From: Fidelibacterota bacterium
Lineage (GTDB): Bacteria; Fidelibacterota; Marinisomatia; Marinisomatales; TCS55
Direction: 5' to 3'
Assembly (NCBI GenBank): GCA_046861385.1
Contig: JBHHTW010000005.1
Coordinates: 32,001 to 96,000 of the forward strand
Length of the DNA: 64,000 nucleotides
Shown here: piece by piece, positions 9,067-19,628 of the stretch
Layout: each line of letters begins with the position of its first letter
Position numbering within the stretch: the stretch's first letter is position 1
The notes under the pieces: generated by a model
What the model was told of the DNA's origin: nothing
The model's database searches: none
Seen by the model: only the letters and a program-made list of their open reading frames with translations
Made by a program: the position numbers and the translations under genes

Positions 9067-9824
9067 GCTCTAACCTTTGCAATAACCTGGCGATTATAGC
9101 GCAAGTCTAATAATTTGAATTGATTTAATCCCCGATTATCCGGTAATGATTCTGAAAAGGATGTCAGTATTTGAATTTTATCCAAAAGGCGTTCCTTCCC
9201 CAAAATAACTCTTGTGGGATAATCGGAAAGTATGAGTACAAACTCATCATTTGAATTCAAAGTTATTTCAGAGAGGTTATTATACAAACTTGGAAAGTAT
9301 TCCATTATTTGATCAATAACTGATACTGATTCAAGAACTTTAAGTGATACAGTTTGATGTCCAATGGGATATAACTCACGAGCAGAATTAAAGCCGGACA
9401 TAATTGGTATTATTTTGTCTCCAACATAACCTAATTCAGGAAGAACCACTCCTTTATTATCAACATACAAAATGGGTCTCATATTCAAAAGGGCGATCGG
9501 TTCTCTCTCCGCAATTTCAACTTGGAGTGTGTTTGGAAATGTTCTGCTTACTCGAGCAGCTTGGACAAAAGGATGGCTTTCCAATAACATCCCCACCTCA
9601 CGTATGTCAATTTCATCTATTGAGACTCCCACTAATGACGAAAGGGACGCATAATATTCATTTTCAGGAATAATATTGGCACCCTGGATAAAAATATTTT
9701 TTACTAGATTAAATTTTGTATATGCTGACCAATTAATGGATAACCACGATAATACAATTAACATGGAAGTCAACATTGTTCCAATCATTAAACGCCAGTT
9801 CATTTGCTTCTTTTTCTTATTCAT
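9063..9824 (-). CDS. ftsQ: Cell division protein FtsQ/DivIB
   Basis: N-terminal TM, POTRA-like (HPFVQAARVSRTFPNTLQVEIAEREP), C-terminal DLRY; dcw position. Confidence 0.88.
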   Translation of the reverse strand: MNKKKKQMNWRLMIGTMLTSMLIVLSWLSINWSAYTKFNLVKNIFIQGANIIPENEYYASLSSLVGVSIDEIDIREVGMLLESHPFVQAARVSRTFPNTLQVEIAEREPIALLNMRPILYVDNKGVVLPELGYVGDKIIPIMSGFNSARELYPIGHQTVSLKVLESVSVIDQIMEYFPSLYNNLSEITLNSNDEFVLILSDYPTRVILGKERLLDKIQILTSFSESLPDNRGLNQFKLLDLRYNRQVIAKVRA

Positions 9825-10741
9825 AGTGAAAATACATCCTTTTTAAATCCCAACGTTTTTATTTCGAGATCCAACATAATATCAAATTTTTCATATACTT
9901 TTTTACGGGCAATGCGAATAAGGTCTATGATATCGCTGGCCTTTGCCTGCCCATGATTAATGAAAAAATTGCCATGTTGCTTAGAAATTTCAGAATCACC
10001 AATACGCTTACCTTTAAGACCTGCTTTATCGATCAAAAAGCCGGCTGCCAGATCAGGTTTGGGATTTTTAAATACACTCCCCGCAGACCGGAAACGAAGT
10101 GGTTGAGTATCCTTTCTTCCCAGGCTGGCCATTTCACGCTTTTTTGAAATCGTTTCAGTTGATGCTTCTTCCAGTTCAAATTCAGCACTTATTATTATTT
10201 CATTTTCTTTAATGGTAGAAAACCTGTAACTAAATTCAATGGCACTGACTTCTAATTCTTTAATAATTCCGGAAAAATTCATCACTCGTATATTTTTGAG
10301 ACAATTTGATATTTCGCTGCCAAATGCACCCGCATTCATCTTTAAGGCTCCACCGATAGTTCCAGGAACACCAATCATACTTTCCAATCCGGTTAAATGG
10401 TTTTTCATGCTCTCCTTCACCAAATGCCCAAGCATGACGCCCGATTCTGCAAAAATTTTATTTCCTGATATTCGAAGCTTCCTAAATGATTTACCCAAGG
10501 TTATTACAATACCGTTAATTCCTTCATCCGCTACAAGAAGATTGGATCCTGATCCGACAATGTATACAGGGATTGAGTATGAATCAGCAAATTGTAATAT
10601 TTCACTTATGTCATTTTCATCATTTGGCGTGATGAATGCCCATGCCGGACCACCAATCCCATAGGTTGTATGAGCAGACATCGATTCATTCTCCAAAAGT
10701 GTACCTTTGACTATTCGTTTCAATTCCGCCATTTTGTTCAC
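9821..10741 (-). CDS. murB: UDP-N-acetylenolpyruvoylglucosamine reductase
   Basis: HTTYGIGGPA, GSGSNLL, GVPGTIGGALKMNAGA, SAGSVFKNP. Confidence 0.96.
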   Translation of the reverse strand: MNKMAELKRIVKGTLLENESMSAHTTYGIGGPAWAFITPNDENDISEILQFADSYSIPVYIVGSGSNLLVADEGINGIVITLGKSFRKLRISGNKIFAESGVMLGHLVKESMKNHLTGLESMIGVPGTIGGALKMNAGAFGSEISNCLKNIRVMNFSGIIKELEVSAIEFSYRFSTIKENEIIISAEFELEEASTETISKKREMASLGRKDTQPLRFRSAGSVFKNPKPDLAAGFLIDKAGLKGKRIGDSEISKQHGNFFINHGQAKASDIIDLIRIARKKVYEKFDIMLDLEIKTLGFKKDVFSL

Positions 10742-10742
10742 C

Positions 10743-12131
10743 TTAAGCAGCAGCCTCCAGGTTTTTTAAATGTGCGAAATATTTTTCAGAATAACGCCAA
10801 ATGGTTCCAGCGCCGATCGTAATAACCATGTCACCAGGAAGAACGATTTTGTCTAAATGACTGTTTAAATCATCAAGATTCTGGACATAAAACACATGTT
10901 TATGTCCGGACTGGCGTGCTGCATTGGAAACCATGGCTCCACTAATACCCTTTATCGGCTTTTCCCGGGCAGGATAAACATCTGTAACAATAAGAATATC
11001 CGATTGTTGAAATGCTAAGGCAAAATCTTCATAAAAATCTCGGGTTCGAGTGTATAAATGTGGTTGAAATACGGATACAATTCTACGATCCCAACCCTGT
11101 TTTGCTGCATTCAAAGTCGCCTTGACTTCCGTCGGATGGTGGGCATAATCGTCGACTACCATTATATTGTTGGAAATCCCTTTGATTTCAAATCGTCTGC
11201 GAACACCAGTATATGCCTTCAACCCTTGGACGATGTGACCAATTTTTAGTCCCATTTCTTTTCCAACAGCAATCGCTGCGAGTGAATTCGATACATTATG
11301 CTCACCGGGAACATTTAAAGTTATGGTTCCATTATCGTGACCATTAGAGCAAAGTGTGTATACTGTTTGAGATTCATTAAAACATATATTATTGGCGCTA
11401 ATGTCCGCCTGGTCACTGAAACCGTAACCAATAATAGGGCGTTTTATGTCCGGGACTATTTCTTGAAGTGCCGGTGAATCAATACAAACGATTACAGCTC
11501 CATAAAAAGGTGAAGAATTAGCAAATTGTAAAAAAGCTTGCTGAAGATCATCGATATCCTTATAACAATCCGTATGCTCAAGTTCAATATTCGTTAAGAC
11601 ACTGATAGTGGGACGCAAGGCTAAAAAACTGCGATCATATTCATCAGCTTCCACTACAATTATTTCGCCCGATCCAAGCTTGGAATTTGAATCAATGGTT
11701 TTGACCAATCCCCCAACGACAAGTGTTGGATCTAAATTCCCTTCTGTTAAAATGGTTCCAATCATGGAAGATGTAGTAGTTTTTCCGTGAGTTCCGCCAA
11801 CACCGATACTCGTTTCTTTAACCGAAATAAGTTCTCCAAGCATTTCAGCCCGACGAATAACCGGAATGTTTTTTTGATGGGCAGCAATGATTTCAGGATT
11901 ATCTAAATGGACAGCGCTTGAATAAACCAATACATCTGCATCGGTAAGGTTGACTGCACTGTGTCCCATATGAATATCTGCACCAAGACTAATTAATTTT
12001 TCGACATTGACTGAGTGATTGATATCCGAACCACTTACATAAAACCCAAGGTTTAATAATAATTCAGCAATACCGCTCATTCCGATACCGCCAATGCCAA
12101 CGAAATGAACTTTCTTAACTTTTCTAAACAT
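10743..12131 (-). CDS. murC: UDP-N-acetylmuramate--L-alanine ligase
   Basis: HFVGIGGIGMSG, GTHGKTTT, EADEYD, DDYAHHPTE, FQPHLYTRT. Confidence 0.97.
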   Translation of the reverse strand: MFRKVKKVHFVGIGGIGMSGIAELLLNLGFYVSGSDINHSVNVEKLISLGADIHMGHSAVNLTDADVLVYSSAVHLDNPEIIAAHQKNIPVIRRAEMLGELISVKETSIGVGGTHGKTTTSSMIGTILTEGNLDPTLVVGGLVKTIDSNSKLGSGEIIVVEADEYDRSFLALRPTISVLTNIELEHTDCYKDIDDLQQAFLQFANSSPFYGAVIVCIDSPALQEIVPDIKRPIIGYGFSDQADISANNICFNESQTVYTLCSNGHDNGTITLNVPGEHNVSNSLAAIAVGKEMGLKIGHIVQGLKAYTGVRRRFEIKGISNNIMVVDDYAHHPTEVKATLNAAKQGWDRRIVSVFQPHLYTRTRDFYEDFALAFQQSDILIVTDVYPAREKPIKGISGAMVSNAARQSGHKHVFYVQNLDDLNSHLDKIVLPGDMVITIGAGTIWRYSEKYFAHLKNLEAAA

Positions 12132-13221
12132 CAGGTGCTGATCCTTTCCAAAATATGATCAGCAATAACCGAAACGGCATTCGGTTTCCCCAACGCTTTT
12201 GAGTTTTTTGACATTTTGTTTAATGCGTATTCGTCTTTGAATAATTGATTTATTAATATGGATAAATTATCAGGACTCAAATCAGCCTCAGGAATCATTT
12301 TAGCTGCGTCTCTTTTATCCATAGCTGCAGCGTTGTGAGTTTGGTGATCCTCAGCCGCAGAAGGAAGGGGGATCATAATACTCGCCACTCCGCAAGCGGT
12401 CAGTTCCGTGATGGTCATTGCGCCTGCTCTGGTCAAAGCCAGATCTGCCGCTGCATATGCACTTTTCATATCATTAATGAATGGTTTTACACGAACAGAA
12501 TTTGTTTCATGATGTTTATATTGTTCAAAATGGTTCATTCCTGTTTGCCAAAGAACTTGGACGTCTTTCAAGTCATCAATCATTTCAGAAACACATTGGT
12601 TGATTACTATTGAACCCTGACTACCGCCAAAAACAAAAAGTGTTTTATTTTGATCCACAAAATCAAATTTCTTGAGAGCGGTCACGCGATCCCCATTGGT
12701 AATATCTTTTCGAACTGGATTTCCGGTTGAAAAAACGTTTTTTTTTTAATGAAATTTTCTACTTCATTAAACGAAGTAAAAACTATCTCTGCACTTTCAG
12801 CAAAATATTTTGTTGTTATTCCCGGGAATGAATTTTGCTCTTGAATGAAATAGGGAATATTTTGTTGACGGGCGACGAAAAGCGGCAGAGCGGAAGCATA
12901 TCCCCCGGTTCCAATGACAGCATTGGGCTGCAGTTTTTTCATTAACGCATTCGTCTTCATCTTTGACCGTATCAATTGTCCCGGTAATTGTAAATTTTTT
13001 CCGAAAGATGACCATGAAGTTCCCCGCTGCAATCCTCGGATGGGTAATAATGTATACATTAAACTTCGTCCTGGTAATATTTTCGCTTCAATTCCGAATC
13101 TGGATCCCACATAATGAATATCTGCGCCTGTTCGATCGCGGAGCTCTTCACCAATTGCCAGGGCAGGAAATAAATGACCTCCCGTTCCACCACCGCTAAT
13201 TAGAAATTGTAATTTAGCCAT
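12131..13221 (-). CDS. murG: MurG glycosyltransferase, split into two frames by a 1-nt indel near 12730-12747
   Basis: N-half has GGGTGGHLFP, GTGGYAS, EQNSFPG. C-half in a shifted frame has TGNPVR, GGSQGS, RAGAMT, HQTHNA. Adding one base gives a 363-aa protein. Confidence 0.93.
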
Positions 13222-14368
13222 ATATCCGTTTCCTCCAGTTCGAATTCCCTGACACAGATCGTTTGGATTGGCTAATATTTAATAAAATACCTAGGCTGGC
13301 TAAGTGAACGACAACTCCTGATCCACCATAGGAAATGAGAGGCATTGCTAATCCAGTCGTGGGGACAAGATTTGTGACAACTGCTGCATTGATAAATGCA
13401 TAGAGAACAAAACTGTAGGAGATTCCAAGGGCAAGCATAATGCCGAATGGTTCTGAGTTCTCTTTGGCTATTTGTACACCTCGTTGGAAGATTACAATAA
13501 ATAACGTTAAAACAAAAAGTGTACCGATTAGACCAGTTTCTTCTCCAATTATGGCGAAAATAAAATCTGTATGGGGAGTCGGAAGGAAGAGATTTTTTCC
13601 TAAGCTGTTTCCAAGACCCATGCCCCATAAACCTCCGTTACCTAAACTGATCAGCGACTGTTTAATTTGATACACATTTTCAATCCCTACACTTTCCGGG
13701 TTCAAAAAAGTCATAATCCGCCGCCGCATATATTCCCAATTCAAAATGACCAGTGTAAAAGCAGATAGGGAAATGAGCGCGGTAGCAAACATATGCCGAA
13801 GCCTTGCTCCACCGAGGAATAACATGATAAATGAAATAAGTAAAATGACAAAAGCTGTACTGAGATCAGGCTGTAGTACGATTAAAACTACAATGAGTCC
13901 AATAGCGGTTATTATATTTAAATATCCATCATAAAATTCCTTAATATGTTCACGTTTGTTATGAATAAAAGCAGAAATATAAATAATCAGGGACAAACGC
14001 GCTATATCTGAAGTTTGAACTGAAACTTTACCCAAGTATAACCAGCGGGCTGGTGATGAATTCCCTTTAATAATGAATAAGAATTTTGTCAATACTAATA
14101 AAAAAATAGAAATTCCCAAAATGGGATACGCCCAATCTTTCATTCTACGATAATCAAATAACATAAAGAAGAACATGAATGAGACACCGACTAGTAGCCT
14201 TTTTAAATGTGCCAGTAAATAAAGCGTATCTGTTCTGCTGCCGGTTTCATCTAATGATAAATTTGAACTTGCGCTAAACAGCATGACCGTACCAAAAATA
14301 CAGAGAATAATGATACTTCCTAATAAATACTGATCATATTTTTTGACAATAATATTTAAATAACTCAT
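13214..14368 (-). CDS. ftsW: SEDS peptidoglycan polymerase FtsW
   Basis: Multi-TM; ARW, LQPDLST, LPTPHTDFIFAIIGEETG, PLISYGGS. Confidence 0.95.
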   Translation of the reverse strand: MSYLNIIVKKYDQYLLGSIIILCIFGTVMLFSASSNLSLDETGSRTDTLYLLAHLKRLLVGVSFMFFFMLFDYRRMKDWAYPILGISIFLLVLTKFLFIIKGNSSPARWLYLGKVSVQTSDIARLSLIIYISAFIHNKREHIKEFYDGYLNIITAIGLIVVLIVLQPDLSTAFVILLISFIMLFLGGARLRHMFATALISLSAFTLVILNWEYMRRRIMTFLNPESVGIENVYQIKQSLISLGNGGLWGMGLGNSLGKNLFLPTPHTDFIFAIIGEETGLIGTLFVLTLFIVIFQRGVQIAKENSEPFGIMLALGISYSFVLYAFINAAVVTNLVPTTGLAMPLISYGGSGVVVHLASLGILLNISQSKRSVSGNSNWRKRIYG

Positions 14369-15738
14369 CCATTTGCCTTCAATGATTGCACTAATTCCCT
14401 AAATGAATCTCCTCTTTCTTCAAAATTTGCGAATTGATCAAAACTTGCACAACCCGGAGATAATAAAACAATATCTCCAGGTTGCGCATTTGAATGAGCG
14501 ATCTCAACAGCATGACTGAGTGTATTACAACATTTGATTTTCACTTTTTCTTCCAACACAGTTGTGATCGCTTTTTCTGACTCACCAATGGTGAGTACTT
14601 CTTTCACCTTTTTGTGGGTATGTGGGTACAGTGAAAGAAAGTCTCCGCCTTTATCCCGACCGCCCAAAATAAGCAATATTGGTTGATCAAAACTGTCTAA
14701 AGCCACTTTTACTGCTTCAATATTTGTTGCTTTAGAATCATTGATATATATAACGCCATCGATTTTTCCAATGTGTTCAAGTCGATGTGGGACTCCACAA
14801 AACGTAGACATGACTTTAGCAATTCTGGATGATGCTATGCCCAACAGACTCGCCGAGGTAGAGGAACCGAGGTAGTTCGAAAGGTTATGCCTACCAGGCA
14901 AAGCAATTTCATCCAGAATGATCAGAGTGGCGTGCTTTTGATCATAAATTTTGGTTGCGTTTAAACGAAATAGTAGTCCTTTTGCATCTGAATTTAAACT
15001 ATAGGGTATTTTGATCGCTTTTGACGGCTCGATACATCTTGACACTAGTGGGTCATCAGCATTAAATACCAGATAATCATTTTCCGTCTGATTTGACCAC
15101 ATTTTCATTTTGGTTGCAACATAATCATCCATATCGTCATAACGATTTAAATGGTCCGGTGTCAGATTAAGAAATAGAGAAATATATGGTTTGAAATGAT
15201 GGATAAATTCCATTTGGAAGCTGGATATTTCCAGTACGTGAATTCGTTGGTCATCCGGTTTTAAACAATCACTGAGGACTACCTCCGAAAATGCTTTGCC
15301 AACATTCCCCGATAGTATAGGATGCAAATCATCCGTTTTACACATTTCAAACATCATATGAGCTGTGGTTGTTTTACCATTAGAGCCGGTAATGGCAATA
15401 ATCGGAGCACGGGTGAACCAACTGGCGAATTCAATTTCACCTACGATAGGAATATTTTTTAATTGCGCATTTCGAACAATAATTGAATCTTTTGGTATTC
15501 CCGGTGAAATAACCCACAAATCTGCATCATAGACGGAATCACTGTGACCATTGGTTTCCACCCGGATGCCTTCTTTTTTCAATTCGATAATGTCTTTAGT
15601 CCAACCTTTATCACTAATGAAAACATTTGCGCCTAAGTAATGAGCCAGTCTTGACGCTGCCAATCCGCTGCGACCAGCGCCAATAACCGTCACGTTTTTA
15701 TTTTTTAATTTGATTCTATCTAAGTGTGAAATATCCAT
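14365..15738 (-). CDS. murD: UDP-N-acetylmuramoyl-L-alanine--D-glutamate ligase
   Basis: ITGSNGKTTT, LEISSFQ, NDSKATN, LLSPGCASFDQF. Confidence 0.97.
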   Translation of the reverse strand: MDISHLDRIKLKNKNVTVIGAGRSGLAASRLAHYLGANVFISDKGWTKDIIELKKEGIRVETNGHSDSVYDADLWVISPGIPKDSIIVRNAQLKNIPIVGEIEFASWFTRAPIIAITGSNGKTTTAHMMFEMCKTDDLHPILSGNVGKAFSEVVLSDCLKPDDQRIHVLEISSFQMEFIHHFKPYISLFLNLTPDHLNRYDDMDDYVATKMKMWSNQTENDYLVFNADDPLVSRCIEPSKAIKIPYSLNSDAKGLLFRLNATKIYDQKHATLIILDEIALPGRHNLSNYLGSSTSASLLGIASSRIAKVMSTFCGVPHRLEHIGKIDGVIYINDSKATNIEAVKVALDSFDQPILLILGGRDKGGDFLSLYPHTHKKVKEVLTIGESEKAITTVLEEKVKIKCCNTLSHAVEIAHSNAQPGDIVLLSPGCASFDQFANFEERGDSFRELVQSLKANG

Positions 15739-16841
15739 TAGCGAATCTTAAAAGTGGTTAATGAAAATAATGCCAGCAATAAGCCGATAATCCAAAAGCG
15801 GATGACGACACGAGATTCGGGCCATCCTTTTAACTCAAAATGATGGTGAATCGGTGCCATTTTGAATAATCGCTGTCCGTCACCGAATTTTATTTTAGTC
15901 CATCGAAAATATACGACCTGTAAAATAACGGTAAGCGCTTCCCAAACAAAAACACCACCAATGATGAATAGGAGCAATTCTTTTTTTAGTAAAACCGCCA
16001 TTGTACCCAAAGCAGCGCCGGTAGATAAGGATCCAACATCACCCATAAATACTTCGGCGGGAGATGCATTGAACCATAAATATCCAATCAATGCACCAGT
16101 GATCGCGGCAGTAAAAATGGTAAGTTCTCCTGCTCCGGGTAAATAGAGGATGTTTAAATAACTGGAAAAATCAACGCGACCGCTCATATATGCAATGGCA
16201 GCAAAGACTGTAAAGCAAATGGCAAGCAAACCTGCAGCCAACCCATCCAAACCATCAGTCAGATTAACCGCATTGGATGACCCGGTGATAACCAATATAA
16301 TCACAAGTGGGTAAAGATATCCAAAATCCAGCTCAAGATTTTTAAAAAATGGTACATTCGTTACACTTTTAATATCCACAAATGCCGGATGGTTAAATAT
16401 CCACACACTAATGATGATTCCTAATAATATTTGACCAACAAGTTTATAGCGGGCAACCAACCCTTTTTTAAATTTTTTAATTACTTTTAAATAATCGTCC
16501 AAAAAACCAATACATCCCATCCAGACTAATGCCAACATCACAATTTGAACATACGTGTTAGATAAGTCGGCCAATAGCAGGGTCGGGATTAACACAGATC
16601 CGATAATCATTAATCCACCCATGGTCGGTGTTCCCTGTTTCTTCCGGTGGCTTTTAGGACCCTCAATCCTAATTTCCTCTCCAATTTGGTGTTTGTGTAA
16701 AAGTCGAATAATCCAAGGACCAATTATAAATGTCAATAATAGGGATAAAATGGCGGCCATAGCTGAGCGGAATGTGATGTATTGAAATACGTTGAAAGGT
16801 GAGAATACATCACGTAAAGGATAAAGTAACTTAAATAACAT
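15738..16841 (-). CDS. mraY: Phospho-N-acetylmuramoyl-pentapeptide transferase
   Basis: GTPTMGG, NAVNLTDGLDGL, FMGDVGS, MAPIHHHFE. Confidence 0.97.
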   Translation of the reverse strand: MLFKLLYPLRDVFSPFNVFQYITFRSAMAAILSLLLTFIIGPWIIRLLHKHQIGEEIRIEGPKSHRKKQGTPTMGGLMIIGSVLIPTLLLADLSNTYVQIVMLALVWMGCIGFLDDYLKVIKKFKKGLVARYKLVGQILLGIIISVWIFNHPAFVDIKSVTNVPFFKNLELDFGYLYPLVIILVITGSSNAVNLTDGLDGLAAGLLAICFTVFAAIAYMSGRVDFSSYLNILYLPGAGELTIFTAAITGALIGYLWFNASPAEVFMGDVGSLSTGAALGTMAVLLKKELLLFIIGGVFVWEALTVILQVVYFRWTKIKFGDGQRLFKMAPIHHHFELKGWPESRVVIRFWIIGLLLALFSLTTFKIR

Positions 16842-18196
16842 TATTTCGTTTCTAGATCTCTCAAAATGGTTTCCATTAACATACCCCGCGACCCTTTTAC
16901 CAGTATTTTGTCACCTTCTTGAATCCAGACCTTCAATTCTTCAGATAGGTCATGTTTTGAATCAAAATGTTTATGAAAAATACCCGAATTAATAGCCTCA
17001 TTCGTTTCTCGAGTATTATTTCCAATCGTAAAAACAGCGTCCAATTTCTTTTTCGAACAATGTTCCCCCACTTTTCGATGATGAGAAATTGATTCATTTC
17101 CCAATTCGAGCATATCTCCAAAAACAAAAATATTTCTTCCATTTCCACTGAATGCCTTCAGATAATCTATAGCCGCAACGGTTGACGAAAGGTTCGCATT
17201 ATAGGTATCGTCGATAATTGTGACTTGGTTCATCTGAGTGACTTCGCAGCGTCCTTTGGGAGCTTGAAATGATTGGACTTGATTTTCAAACGTTTTCCAG
17301 TCAATTCCAAAATGAGCACATACAGCCGAAGCAGCGATGACGTTCTTAATGAACGAAAGATTTTGGGAAGCAGTGGCAATTTCATACGAATCAATTGTTA
17401 GGGTAATCGAGCCGTCTTTCTCATGATGAATATCAGCAGGGTAGTCACAATCTGGTGTCAGTCCATAAGAAATTCCCTTACCCGGTAGGTTCATTTTACG
17501 AATTAGATCATCCGCTTTGTTTACAAATGCTATTCCATCAGCTAAAGCTTCGAATAGGGCTCCTTTAGTTTTTGCTATTTCATCAAGGGAACCAAATCCT
17601 TCCAGATGGGACGAGTTAATATTTGTGATCAAACCATGCGTTGGTTCTGATATCGAACATAAATATGCAATTTCGCCTGGTTGGCTTGCACCCATTTCTA
17701 ATATTGAAAATGTGTGATCATAAGATATTTGGAAAATGGTTAACGGTAAGCCAATAGACGTATTAAAATTTCCCGATGTTGCATGAACTTTTTCATCTAC
17801 AGATAAAATATGTTTCAATAATTCTTTTGTTGATGTTTTTCCATTTGATCCGGTTATACCTATTAATGGAATATTAAATAATCTTCGATAAGACCGTGCA
17901 AATGCACCCAATGTTTCCACCGGTTTTTCAACAATGAATAATTCCATTCCACTAATAACAGAAACTTCATGATCTGCCAAACATGCCACGGCACCATTTT
18001 CATTCGCCTGTAGTATAAACTTATGTCCATCAGTCCGCTCACCCCTAATGGCAATATATAAATCCCCCACCTGGCATTCGCGGCTATCCGTGGAAATCCC
18101 AGTGATCGGGGAGGATGGGGTCACACCCAGATGGGTCTTCAATACAGTCGTAAAAGCTTCAGGTTCAGCTATTTGAATTCGCACAAAATTTCTCAA
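16841..18196 (-). CDS. murF: UDP-MurNAc-tripeptide--D-Ala-D-Ala ligase
   Basis: ITGSNGKTSTK, LEMG, DDTYNAN, GDMLELG, LVKGSRG. Confidence 0.95.
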   Translation of the reverse strand: MRNFVRIQIAEPEAFTTVLKTHLGVTPSSPITGISTDSRECQVGDLYIAIRGERTDGHKFILQANENGAVACLADHEVSVISGMELFIVEKPVETLGAFARSYRRLFNIPLIGITGSNGKTSTKELLKHILSVDEKVHATSGNFNTSIGLPLTIFQISYDHTFSILEMGASQPGEIAYLCSISEPTHGLITNINSSHLEGFGSLDEIAKTKGALFEALADGIAFVNKADDLIRKMNLPGKGISYGLTPDCDYPADIHHEKDGSITLTIDSYEIATASQNLSFIKNVIAASAVCAHFGIDWKTFENQVQSFQAPKGRCEVTQMNQVTIIDDTYNANLSSTVAAIDYLKAFSGNGRNIFVFGDMLELGNESISHHRKVGEHCSKKKLDAVFTIGNNTRETNEAINSGIFHKHFDSKHDLSEELKVWIQEGDKILVKGSRGMLMETILRDLETK

Positions 18197-19628
18197 TGAT
18201 TTCTATATCTGAATAGGGGTGTCTAACACCTTCAATTTCTTGATAAGTCTCCCGACCCTTTCCTAAAACGACCAAAACGTCATTTTCCTCCAATTGGCTT
18301 AAAGCTTTCCTCAAAGCTATTCCCCGATTATTAACTATTTCATAACGATTTGATGACAAGCCGGTAGAAATATCTTTTACAATGTCATCCTGATTTTCAT
18401 ACCGTGGATTATCTGGTGTGATATAAAAGAAAGCCGCATATTGTTCAACTAATCTACCCATAAGAGGTCGGTTAGAAGCATCTCTGTTGCCTCCGCATCC
18501 AAAAAGTACGATCATTTTTCCGTCTGCTTTCACCAGTCCATAAATTGTACTCAATACTTTTTCATACGCATCCGGTGTATGGGCATAATCGACAATAATC
18601 TGAGCTCCATTCGCAGAAGTAAATTTTTCCATGCGTCCGGAAACGATTCTGCATTTATTGATACCATTTCTGATTGTACCCATAGGAAGTCCTATTGCAA
18701 TAGTCGCTCCAACCGCAGATAATATATTTTCTTTATTAAAATCCCCAATTAGGGATGAATCGATCTGAATTTTGTGGTGTCCTGCGGAAATTAACCCTTT
18801 AATCCCCTTTAAAGTAGATTGCACCTCTTTGAAATAAATATCAGATTTGTTTTCGGGAGAAAATTTCAGAACAGGTGCCGTACTCTTCTCTGATAGACGC
18901 AAACCATATTCATCATTTGTATTAATGATCGAAGTTGCCGAGAGCGGAAGGGAAGTAAATAATTTCGCCTTTGCGTAAAAATAATCTTCCATACTACCAT
19001 GATAATCAAGATGTTCAGGAGATAGATTGGTAAAAACAGTAACATCAAACTCAATATCTGCAACTCGATATTGATGAATGGCATGAGAAGAAACTTCCAT
19101 AACAATATGGGTAAAATTATCATCAGCGAGATCTCGCAAAAGTTTTTGCAAATTGATGGCATCCATTGTTGTGAGCGTTTTAGATTGCTCATGACCCGCA
19201 GCAATGACTCCCAATGTACCTAATTGAGCCGTTTTGCATCCTGCTTCATTCAATATGGATGTAATTAGAGTTGCGGTACTTGTTTTACCGTTTGTTCCGG
19301 TTATGCCAATCACAAACAATTCTTTTGAAGGATTTCCATAATATTCCGCTGCAACATAAGAAGCAGCCTTTCTCGGATTAGATACTTTGACTTGTGGAAC
19401 AGCGAGAACCCCGACATCCCGACCGTTAGTGATGACAGCTGATGCACCATTATCCAACGCTTCCGGAATGAAATCGTGACCGTCTGCGGAGGTTCCATAA
19501 ACAGCAATATAAAGGTCACCCGGCTTCACATCTTTGGAATGTAATCGTATTTTGTTTATCGGTGTTGCCGGGATATCTTCCGTTGACGCCATAATTCCTT
19601 TAACCAGTTGATTTAGAGGTATTCTCAT
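18165..19628 (-). CDS. murE: UDP-MurNAc-dipeptide--meso-diaminopimelate ligase
   Basis: ITGTNGKTS, MEVSSH, VDYAHTPD, DNPR (mDAP specificity). ATG at 19628 overlaps the ftsI stop (ATGA). Confidence 0.95.
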   Translation of the reverse strand: MRIPLNQLVKGIMASTEDIPATPINKIRLHSKDVKPGDLYIAVYGTSADGHDFIPEALDNGASAVITNGRDVGVLAVPQVKVSNPRKAASYVAAEYYGNPSKELFVIGITGTNGKTSTATLITSILNEAGCKTAQLGTLGVIAAGHEQSKTLTTMDAINLQKLLRDLADDNFTHIVMEVSSHAIHQYRVADIEFDVTVFTNLSPEHLDYHGSMEDYFYAKAKLFTSLPLSATSIINTNDEYGLRLSEKSTAPVLKFSPENKSDIYFKEVQSTLKGIKGLISAGHHKIQIDSSLIGDFNKENILSAVGATIAIGLPMGTIRNGINKCRIVSGRMEKFTSANGAQIIVDYAHTPDAYEKVLSTIYGLVKADGKMIVLFGCGGNRDASNRPLMGRLVEQYAAFFYITPDNPRYENQDDIVKDISTGLSSNRYEIVNNRGIALRKALSQLEENDVLVVLGKGRETYQEIEGVRHPYSDIEIIEKFCANSNS

